A stretch of DNA of 64,000 nt from Promethearchaeota archaeon (lineage in GTDB: Archaea; Asgardarchaeota; Lokiarchaeia; Sigyniarchaeales; SOKP01), in the NCBI GenBank assembly GCA_030603385.1, contig JAUVXW010000008.1, positions 32,001 to 96,000 on the forward strand, given 5' to 3'. This document shows positions 1 to 8,469 of this stretch, piece by piece. Position numbers and translations under genes: made by a program. How positions within the stretch are numbered: the first letter of the stretch is position 1; each line of letters begins with the position of its first letter. The notes beneath the pieces were generated by a model, which worked only from the letters and a program-made list of their open reading frames with translations, did not search any database and was not told the DNA's origin.

Positions 1-2
1 TA

Positions 3-659
3 TTACAAAAATCTCTACCAAGTTTACAAAAAAGAAAAGAACCAGTTTACACTCCTAACCTTACTCCTATTAAAGGAGTTTCTATCTCATCAAATATAAT
101 TGTTATTGGTGCTAGCGTTGGTGGGCCTCGAACTATAACTACTATATTAAAAGAAATACCTAGAAATTTCCCTGCTCCAATTTTAATCGTTCAACATTTA
201 TCAGCACACTTTATGGAAGCTTTTGCTGATAATTTAGATTTGGAATGTAAATTAAAAATTAAGGTTGCGACTAATGGAGAGTATCTTAAACCTGGAGTAG
301 TCTATATTGCTCCCGGAGAAAAACATATGGAAATTTCTGTAGATGATAAAAGACCTTGCATAAAAATATATAAGGGTACACCAGTTAAATTTTGTATGCC
401 TTCCATAGATATCTTATTCTTTTCAGCAACAAGAGTTTACAAGGATCGAACCATGGGGGTATTATTAACCGGTATGGGCTCTGATGGTGTTGAAGGTTTA
501 GGCTCTATTAAAAAAGTAGGTGGAAAAACAATCACAGAATCGATGGAGACATGTATTTTATTTGCTATGCCAAAATTCGCCGCAGAAAAGGGTTATGCTG
601 ATCAAATTCTGCCAAATTACTCCATCTACCCGGAGATTATTAAATTCTGCAGAAAATGA
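3..659 (+). CDS. cheB: Chemotaxis methylesterase CheB, C-terminal part (5' end outside window)
   Basis: The frame is open from nt 3. It contains the CheB catalytic motifs IGASVGGP (upstream of the track's Met), IVQH, PSIDILF and LLTGMGSDG. Confidence 0.92.
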   Translation, partial: LQKSLPSLQKRKEPVYTPNLTPIKGVSISSNIIVIGASVGGPRTITTILKEIPRNFPAPILIVQHLSAHFMEAFADNLDLECKLKIKVATNGEYLKPGVVYIAPGEKHMEISVDDKRPCIKIYKGTPVKFCMPSIDILFFSATRVYKDRTMGVLLTGMGSDGVEGLGSIKKVGGKTITESMETCILFAMPKFAAEKGYADQILPNYSIYPEIIKFCRK

Positions 660-664
660 ATCTT

Positions 665-2860
665 TTACCAAGATAAACCTTTTAAAAACTTTATATCTTG
701 AATAATCTTTTGAGATTCTTGTTTTGGAACCTCCATGAATGCATAGAATTCATTCTGCCAAAAAGCTTTTCCAGAAGTCGAGCTTCGTATATCTTCAGCA
801 AATTTTATAGAATTTCGGACTGATAAAAGTATTTCAATAATCGCTTGGTATTCTTTTTCTTGATCAATACTCTTAATTTTCGCAGAATATTTTGAAAGTA
901 GTGAGATGGTGTTTTTAATGTGATCAGGAGGAAGTTGTATGATAGTATGGTAAATAGGCTCCAAAAGAATTAATTCTGCCTCCGTTAATCCTTTTTTTAT
1001 TGCATCATAGAACATAGTAGATAATTCAGTGAATGCACTTTCTTGTTGAGTAGTATCTATAATTAATTCCTCAATTTTAATTTTAAGCTCTGTGAGTTTT
1101 TCTCCACATAACGGTCCATTTAAGTGGATTTTTTCAATAATTTCAATTATTGCATTTTTATATAAATCATCTAATTCATTACTTGCGTTGTAAATTGTTA
1201 TATTTTGATCTTCATCACATATCCAAAAATTTTCAACTTCTTCGTCGTTTAACCCAGTATTTTCCTTTAAAACTTCTTTTAATTTGTTGAAAGGTTTTAT
1301 TGTTTTGTAATCAATATTTTGGAAAAATCTAACAGTTTTATTATCTAATCTTTCAACATTTAGTTTTAATTTGTTTTTACCATCCGTAGATACTACTTCT
1401 ATTGAAGAAGAATTATATCGGCAAGACTCTTTAAAAACTGCTCGTGGTTCTGAAGTAGAAACATTTACTCCCCTCTTTCCTAATTCATGAGCTGTGACTT
1501 CAAGATGAAGAGGGCCCACTCCAGATAATAAGAATTCTCCAGTTTCCTCATTAATTTCAAATTTCAGATTTGGATCTTCAATTAACATATTCTCAATTAA
1601 TTCTTTCAATTTATCTAAATCTCTTAGATATTCTGGTTCAATTGAAACTGTAACGACTGGAGTAGTAACATATTTCACGCTTTCAAATGGCACCATATCA
1701 TCAATGCTGTAGCTATCTATTATGGTTTCACCACTTTTGATCTTTTTGAGTCCTTCTATAGCTACTATATTCCCAACAGGTATTCTTTCCACTTGTTCCC
1801 TTCTTTGTCCCATGAAGATGGCAATTCGTTGAATTCTATCATAACTTTTTTCATTTAGCAGAAAGATTTCATCTTTATTCTTACAACTACCAGAAAAGAT
1901 TCTCCCTGTTGAGACTAATCCATGTTTATCAACTTGTACTTTACTTAAACATACTATTAAGGGGCCATTTGGGTCACAATTAACCAAAGTTTTTCCTAAT
2001 TCAGAATTAATATTCCCGTCCCAAATTTTATTAATTCTGTATTTTTGCGCTTCTATTGGATTTGGTAAATGATTAACAACCATTTCCAATATTGCCTTGT
2101 GAATTGGATAATAGACTGCTAAATCTGCATAACTTTCTTTAGTGTAAGTCTCTTTATTATATCTGGCTCTAATATCTTTAAACTTTAAAATGCCTCCTTC
2201 ATAAATCTTTAGTGTGAATGCCCATTTGTGAAGAGCTGAGCCAAAAACAACATTTCCGGCTAGGGGTGATACTTTCCATTTCTTATTGAAAGGAGGATCC
2301 GCATATCTTTCAATTAAAGTATTAAAGGATTTTATTATTCTGGTATATTTTTTTTTAATTTTTTCATCAGAGAGCTTTAGTTCTCTTATGAGACGATCGA
2401 CTTTATTGATAAAAAGAACAGGTTTAACACCTTCTTGTAAAGCTTGTTTAATCACAGTTTCAGATTGTGTGATTACTTCCTCAACAGCATCCACTACTAC
2501 TACAACTCCATCAACTAACCTTAACGCACGAGTTACTTTTCCACTAAAATCCAAATGACCTGGTGTATCAACTAAATTTATAAGAAAAGGTTCATGACCT
2601 TCAAGGGATTTCTCGTAATATAGTGAAATATTAGCAGATTTCATTGTTATTCCGCGTTGCTGTTCTTCTTCAAGATAATCTAAAGCACGTGCTTCACCTG
2701 CCAGATCTGGTGATAAAAAACCTGCTTCACTTAGTAAAGAATCTGAAAGCGTAGTCTTTCCATGATCTATATGACCCGCTAAAGCAGTATTGCGAATATT
2801 CTTAGTTAATTCCATTAAATTAAGTATTTCAGTGATTTCCTTTCTACGAGGCATACTCAA
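665..2860 (-). CDS. Archaeal elongation factor 2 paralog (aEF-2p-like translational GTPase)
   Basis: GHIDHGKTT, RGITM, DTPGH and NKVD G-motifs and EF-2 length (731 aa). The domain IV loop reads IDTTQQESAF instead of the diphthamide HRG motif. Confidence 0.88.
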   Translation of the reverse strand: MSMPRRKEITEILNLMELTKNIRNTALAGHIDHGKTTLSDSLLSEAGFLSPDLAGEARALDYLEEEQQRGITMKSANISLYYEKSLEGHEPFLINLVDTPGHLDFSGKVTRALRLVDGVVVVVDAVEEVITQSETVIKQALQEGVKPVLFINKVDRLIRELKLSDEKIKKKYTRIIKSFNTLIERYADPPFNKKWKVSPLAGNVVFGSALHKWAFTLKIYEGGILKFKDIRARYNKETYTKESYADLAVYYPIHKAILEMVVNHLPNPIEAQKYRINKIWDGNINSELGKTLVNCDPNGPLIVCLSKVQVDKHGLVSTGRIFSGSCKNKDEIFLLNEKSYDRIQRIAIFMGQRREQVERIPVGNIVAIEGLKKIKSGETIIDSYSIDDMVPFESVKYVTTPVVTVSIEPEYLRDLDKLKELIENMLIEDPNLKFEINEETGEFLLSGVGPLHLEVTAHELGKRGVNVSTSEPRAVFKESCRYNSSSIEVVSTDGKNKLKLNVERLDNKTVRFFQNIDYKTIKPFNKLKEVLKENTGLNDEEVENFWICDEDQNITIYNASNELDDLYKNAIIEIIEKIHLNGPLCGEKLTELKIKIEELIIDTTQQESAFTELSTMFYDAIKKGLTEAELILLEPIYHTIIQLPPDHIKNTISLLSKYSAKIKSIDQEKEYQAIIEILLSVRNSIKFAEDIRSSTSGKAFWQNEFYAFMEVPKQESQKIIQDIKFLKGLSW

Positions 2861-2951
2861 ATGTAAAAGTATCTAAATATTTATTTAGGATTATAATTAA
2901 TTTGATTAAAACTTTAGTGTTTACTTACTTTTAAGTTTAACAAATAAAAGG

Positions 2952-3053
2952 AGGGAAATGATTTCTCGCTACTCAAGATCTTCGTCATTTTGAAAACAGT
3001 TTAAAAACTATTTTAATCCGTTGGGTCAGAAAGCGCATTAAAATCATTTCCCT
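2952..3053. other. Inverted-repeat-bounded structured intergenic element (candidate ncRNA)
   Basis: Perfect 13-bp inverted repeat AGGGAAATGATTT (2952-2964) / AAATCATTTCCCT (3041-3053) with internal stems. Confidence 0.4.
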
Positions 3054-3070
3054 TATTTTTAAAGTAAACT

Positions 3071-3703
3071 TTATAATTTGACTTCTCCATCAATTTTTAC
3101 CATCCTTCCTTCAACATGCAAACGTCCATCACAGAAAAGTTCTATCGCTTTTGGAAAGATCTTATGCTCCCACTCAAGGATTCTGGGGCCTAATGTTTCC
3201 TTAGTGTCAGTATCATACACAGGAACACATTTTTGAATAATAATCGGTCCATGATCCGTCATAGGATCAACATAATGAACAGTAGCTCCTGATACTTTAA
3301 CTCCATATGCCAAAGCATCTTCATGTGCATGCATCCCTTTAAAGGAAGGCAAGAGAGCAGGATGGATATTCATGATATTTCCTTTAAAATGTTCAATAAA
3401 CATTTGTGAAACAAATCGCATATATCCCACTAAAATTATAAGCTTACATTTATATTTATCGAAAATATCAATCATCTTTTGGTCAAATTCTTCTCTGGTT
3501 CCCTTATGTTTATCTGATTCTATTAAAACGTATGGGATATTGTGATTTTTAGCGCGTTCCATACAATATGCTCCCGTTTTATTACAAATTAAAACCTCTA
3601 TTATTGCTTTCTCTTTTAAAATTCCTGTTTCACAAGCTTTAGCTATTGATTCGAAGTTACTACCCGACCCACTGGCAATAGCTCCAATTTTTACCTTTCC
3701 CAT
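3071..3703 (-). CDS. purN: Phosphoribosylglycinamide formyltransferase
   Basis: SGSGSN, NIHPALLP, GATVHYV, DHGPII and EH..FP motifs. Confidence 0.95.
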   Translation of the reverse strand: MGKVKIGAIASGSGSNFESIAKACETGILKEKAIIEVLICNKTGAYCMERAKNHNIPYVLIESDKHKGTREEFDQKMIDIFDKYKCKLIILVGYMRFVSQMFIEHFKGNIMNIHPALLPSFKGMHAHEDALAYGVKVSGATVHYVDPMTDHGPIIIQKCVPVYDTDTKETLGPRILEWEHKIFPKAIELFCDGRLHVEGRMVKIDGEVKL

Positions 3704-4110
3704 AATTTACTCCAATTAATGCTTTCAAAAAAAATTAACTAATAATGAGAAGATTACCTATTAGGAAATAACTGTATAAATTGTAGTTATTTAATTAATT
3801 GTCTTTTTCATAATCATAAAATTTTTATTTGATTATTTCATATCTATCTTAGAAATTTAGAAATATTTCATTCTAAAAATTATTCTCTTCTTTAATTGAG
3901 TTATATCGTGAGAGAAAGATATTCTATTTATTCAAAATAGCGTTTATAAAAAATTAGAACATATAAATAAATAAAATTTCGAGTGTTATTAATAGGTATA
4001 TTAATATACTGAGATAGTTGCTTAAAAGCAAATTATAAGAGAAAGAAATCAAATTCTAAATTTACTAATTTAGTAGAAATAAAAAATTAATTAAAAAAGA
4101 ATGAAGAATT

Positions 4111-6021
4111 ATGAGTTTCGAAGGAGAACTGATACGAATTAAAGATGAGATTGTTAAAATCCTTCCACCCGAAATAAAGGTTCATAAGATCGAATTTGAG
4201 GGTCCGGAAATTGCTGTTTATTCTGAGAATTCTGATGTAGATGCTGTCGAAAACTCTACAATATTAAAGGATTTAGCTAAAACTATGAGAAAACGTGTTG
4301 TATTTCGTTGGAATGTAGAAAAACGTAAAGATCCCGTTGAAACTAAAGAATACATAACAAATTTAATCAATGAAGACGCAGAAATTACTAATATTGAATT
4401 TGATCACACACGCGGCGAGGTAATCATTGAATCAGTAAAACCTGGACTTGTAATTGGTAAAAAAGGAGTTAACTTAAAGGACATAAGATCAAATACATTT
4501 TGGCAACCTAGAACTATTAGAACTCCTCCACTTGCATCTAGAACTATTCAATTAATTAGGGGTATGCTTAAAAAAGAGAGACAAACTCAAAAAGATATAT
4601 TATTAAAAATTGGAAAAAGAATTCATAGACCACCTCTATTCAAAGATTTAAACATAAGATTAACCGCATTAGGAGGTTTTCGTGAAGTAGGAAGGTCTTG
4701 TATATTAATGCAGACCCGAGATAGTAGTGTATTATTAGATGTAGGCTTAAATGTAGGGAGTCCTAATGATAAATTTCCATTTTTTGATGTCCCTGAATTT
4801 TCTTTAAGAGATCTTGATGCTGTTATCATTACACATGCACATTTAGATCATTGTGGACTAGTTCCATTTCTTTATAAATATGGGTATCGTGGTCCAGTTT
4901 ATTGTACGTTACCTACACGTAATTTATCTACAATGTTACAACTAGATTTTATTCAAATATGTGAAAAGGAAGGATCACCGTTACCGTATTCTAAAAGAGA
5001 TGTTAAACAAACAGTTCTTCATACAATTCCACTTTCTTGGGGAAAGGTAACTGATATTGCTCCTGATATTAAATTAACACTTCATAATTCAGGTCATATT
5101 TTAGGATCTTCAATGGTTCATTTGCATTTTGGTAAAGGAGATTATAATTTTGTCTATACAGGTGATTTTAAATTTCAAAAAACTCGATTATTAGAAAAAG
5201 CAGCCGTTAAGTTTCCTAGAGTTGAAAGTTTATTAATAGAATCAACATATGGCGGACCTCAAGATCGTATTCCAAGTAGACAAGAATCTGAGAGAGAACT
5301 TAAACAGATTTTAAATTCTACTATTAAAAGAGGTGGAAAAGTTTTAGTTCCAGTTCTCGCCGTAGGACGTGCTCAAGAACTGCTAATAGTCCTTGAGGAA
5401 TACATCTCAAAGGGTTTTATTGATCAAGTGCCCATTTTTATCGATGGTTTAATTAGTGAAGCTACAGCAATACATACAGCTAATCCGGACTTTCTTAGTA
5501 GTGATTTAAGGGAGAAAATTTTGCATCAAGGGAAAAATCCTTTTTTGAGCGACTATTTCGAGACTGTTTCCGCTCAAGAAGAAAGACGGGATATTATAAA
5601 AGGTGGACCTTGTATCATTTTGGCCACAAGTGGAATGCTTATAGGTGGTCCATCTGTACAATATTTAAGAGAATTGGCAAATGACCCTAAGAATTCGCTT
5701 ATTTTCGTTTCTTATCAAGTTAATGGAACTTTAGGCTCAAGGATACAAAAGGGATTTCGTGAGTTTACTTATGTAAATGCGAAAGGTCGTACCCAACTTG
5801 TAAAAATAAACCTAAAAGCTTTTACCCTTGAAGGGTTTTCAGGACATTCCTCACGTAGTCAAATTTCTCAGTTTTTAAGACGAATTCAACCAAGACCTAA
5901 ATCTATAATAGTAAATCATGGAGAAGCTTCTAAATGTGTAAGCTTGTCAACGATGATACATAAAAAACTAAGGAAACAAACAAGAAGTCCACTGAATTTG
6001 GAAACAATTTTACTGAAATGA
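4111..6021 (+). CDS. Archaeal beta-CASP ribonuclease aCPSF1 (FttA) with N-terminal KH domains
   Basis: EFEGP N-terminus, KH motif GLVIGKKG, GGFREVGRS, HAHLDH, GHILGS, FSGH and HGE; 636 aa. Confidence 0.95.
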   Translation: MSFEGELIRIKDEIVKILPPEIKVHKIEFEGPEIAVYSENSDVDAVENSTILKDLAKTMRKRVVFRWNVEKRKDPVETKEYITNLINEDAEITNIEFDHTRGEVIIESVKPGLVIGKKGVNLKDIRSNTFWQPRTIRTPPLASRTIQLIRGMLKKERQTQKDILLKIGKRIHRPPLFKDLNIRLTALGGFREVGRSCILMQTRDSSVLLDVGLNVGSPNDKFPFFDVPEFSLRDLDAVIITHAHLDHCGLVPFLYKYGYRGPVYCTLPTRNLSTMLQLDFIQICEKEGSPLPYSKRDVKQTVLHTIPLSWGKVTDIAPDIKLTLHNSGHILGSSMVHLHFGKGDYNFVYTGDFKFQKTRLLEKAAVKFPRVESLLIESTYGGPQDRIPSRQESERELKQILNSTIKRGGKVLVPVLAVGRAQELLIVLEEYISKGFIDQVPIFIDGLISEATAIHTANPDFLSSDLREKILHQGKNPFLSDYFETVSAQEERRDIIKGGPCIILATSGMLIGGPSVQYLRELANDPKNSLIFVSYQVNGTLGSRIQKGFREFTYVNAKGRTQLVKINLKAFTLEGFSGHSSRSQISQFLRRIQPRPKSIIVNHGEASKCVSLSTMIHKKLRKQTRSPLNLETILLK

Positions 6022-6191
6022 ACAAATCTTTTATAAACATAGTTTTTAATTAGCGGATTAGAAGAAATCTAAGATTTGCAATGAATTAGCTTAAATAGCT
6101 CTTTTTCTCCTTTTAACATTTCTTAAAAGAAGAATTAATTTTTTTAAACAGTATTAATTAACTTCTTTAAATAAATGTTTAGTGGTAATTT

Positions 6192-7139
6192 TTGAATATT
6201 AAAAGCTTTCTATTAAAAATAAAAAATCATCGAACGACTATATCTAGACATATCGTTCAGATTGTTGCTTTCATCATAATTAATTATATTCTCTTAGAAG
6301 TAATTTTTTCGATAAATCTATTAAGTTTAGATAGGCTCGTAAAAATTCTTCCTATTATCAATTCCCCAAGAAATCCAATTTCAAGTGGAGCTGGAATTAT
6401 GGAGTATATTTTTTATTTTATTGTGGAAGGAATTTTTCCAATATTTTTAATTGCGGTATTAGTAATTATTCTATTACTTACTAATCGAGTTTTTTGTGGA
6501 TGGATTTGTCCTATCGGTACAATTCAAGATGCATGTGCAGCTATTCCAGTACCTAAAAAGAGGGTAAAAATCAGTACTCATAAATCATTGTTAAAAATTA
6601 AGTATGTGTTTGTAATTTTAATTACAATTATAGTTTTTCCTCTTGCAATTACAGCGACGACTAATTATGAATTTTATTTAGATTATAGAGCAAATATAGG
6701 GGAGTTTGGAGATAAACCTATGGGTTTTTTTTCCTTATCAGAATATATTTTTGTATTCTTTCCGAATATGATTATAGATATGATTCAGACAGGGAGTATA
6801 CAACCATTATTCTCTAATATGTTGACATTTATTACATTTTTCTTTTATTTTATAATAATCGTCTTATCAGTATGGTATCCACGAGTATATTGCAGATACT
6901 TTTGCCCTTTTGCCGCGATTGCCTCAGCAGTCTCAGAATATTCCTTTTTAAAATTAACAAGAAATCCTGTGAGATGTGTAGGAAGGTCTGAGTGTGGAAT
7001 ATGTGAAAAGGTATGTCCAAAACAAATTAGAATGTTGGATGAACCTTTTGAGTTTTTTACTGGTAAAGGAGAGTGCAATTTTTGCTTGAAATGTAAAGAA
7101 TCATGCCCCTATGATGCTATTGATATGAAATTTGGGTAA
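6192..7139 (+). CDS. Membrane 4Fe-4S binding protein (NapH/MauN-like polyferredoxin)
   Basis: FCGWICP and YCRYFCP motifs, transmembrane helices, and two C-terminal ferredoxin-type Cys motifs. Confidence 0.85.
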   Translation: MNIKSFLLKIKNHRTTISRHIVQIVAFIIINYILLEVIFSINLLSLDRLVKILPIINSPRNPISSGAGIMEYIFYFIVEGIFPIFLIAVLVIILLLTNRVFCGWICPIGTIQDACAAIPVPKKRVKISTHKSLLKIKYVFVILITIIVFPLAITATTNYEFYLDYRANIGEFGDKPMGFFSLSEYIFVFFPNMIIDMIQTGSIQPLFSNMLTFITFFFYFIIIVLSVWYPRVYCRYFCPFAAIASAVSEYSFLKLTRNPVRCVGRSECGICEKVCPKQIRMLDEPFEFFTGKGECNFCLKCKESCPYDAIDMKFG

Positions 7140-7247
7140 AATCTAATATAAAGATTCTCACAAGTGAAATTTTTAGATAAGATAAACCTTTATTTTGATC
7201 GTACTAATCTTATATTAAAAACAATCTTATAAGGGTTAAATTAAGCA

Positions 7248-8450
7248 ATGGATAAGAAAACAACTGAGCAACTGCAAGCAAGGATGAAGAGAGACGTTAA
7301 TGTGGGAATTCACGGGATATTAGATGCAGAAGCGACTAGATATTTTGAAGATGAAAGTGAAGATATCAGACCTCCTTTCTTTAGAGATGTAGACAGAATA
7401 GTTCATTCAAAGGCTTTTAGTCGTTATATAGATAAATCTCAAGTTTTCTTTGATATCAATAATGCCAATATCACTCATAGATCTCTTCATGTAACTTTAG
7501 TATCAAGAGTCAGCAGGCAGATTGGACGTGTTTTAAGATTAAATACTGATTTAATAGAAGCGATAGCTTTGGGACATGATATTGGGCACTCTCCCTTTGG
7601 GCACCTCGGAGAAGAATTATTAAATGATCTTAGTCGAGATTATAATATGGGAACATTTAGCCATAATGCCCAAGGTATAAGATGGCTTTCTTATCTTGAA
7701 AAAAGATTTCCAGAGAAACCTGCTAAGGGACTAAACTTGACTTTACAAGTTCTAGATGGCATTCTTTGTCATGATGGTGAAGTTAATGAGCAAAAATTAA
7801 AGCCAATTAAACGAAATGGAAAAAAATGGGAAGATCATCTTAAAGAATACGAAGATTGCTTTAATGAAAACAAAATCAATAGAATCCCAATGTCTTATGA
7901 GGGTATAGCAGTAAGATTTGCTGATACAATAAGCTATATTGGTAGAGATATTGAAGATGCCATTTTGTTAAAACTTATAAGTCGAAAAGAAATCCCTGAA
8001 TTTTGCAAAGAAGTATTAGGGGATACGAACGCTAAGATAATCAATACTCTCATAACAGATTTGTTAAACTATAGCCTTGATAATGATGTAATTGGTTATT
8101 CTGACAATATCTTTAAAGCATTAAAACAACTTAAAGCTTTCAACTATGATAAAATATATACAAGAAGAGATCTCTTTAAAAAAAATTCAACTGAAAAGAC
8201 CTTCGTAGATAACTTAAGAAATAAGTTTAAATTAATCTTTACTCTATGTTTAAAAGATTTGGAAGAAGATAATTATGATTCTCCTATTTTTAGAGACCAT
8301 ATTGAATATATTGATGATCAAAATTATAGATCTTATTTTCAGCTTCTCAAAAAAAATAATAAACTAACTTTAATCGTTAGAGATTACATTGCTGGTATGT
8401 CTGATAAATACTTTAGTGAAACATTTGAAAGATTTCACAAAGGAAATTGA
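7248..8450 (+). CDS. HD-domain dGTP triphosphohydrolase-like protein
   Basis: RDVDRIVHSKAFSR, KSQVF, HDIGHSPFGH, ADTISY...DIED and DYIAGMSD. Confidence 0.88.
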   Translation: MDKKTTEQLQARMKRDVNVGIHGILDAEATRYFEDESEDIRPPFFRDVDRIVHSKAFSRYIDKSQVFFDINNANITHRSLHVTLVSRVSRQIGRVLRLNTDLIEAIALGHDIGHSPFGHLGEELLNDLSRDYNMGTFSHNAQGIRWLSYLEKRFPEKPAKGLNLTLQVLDGILCHDGEVNEQKLKPIKRNGKKWEDHLKEYEDCFNENKINRIPMSYEGIAVRFADTISYIGRDIEDAILLKLISRKEIPEFCKEVLGDTNAKIINTLITDLLNYSLDNDVIGYSDNIFKALKQLKAFNYDKIYTRRDLFKKNSTEKTFVDNLRNKFKLIFTLCLKDLEEDNYDSPIFRDHIEYIDDQNYRSYFQLLKKNNKLTLIVRDYIAGMSDKYFSETFERFHKGN

Positions 8451-8469
8451 TAAAAAGTACCAAACAGAT

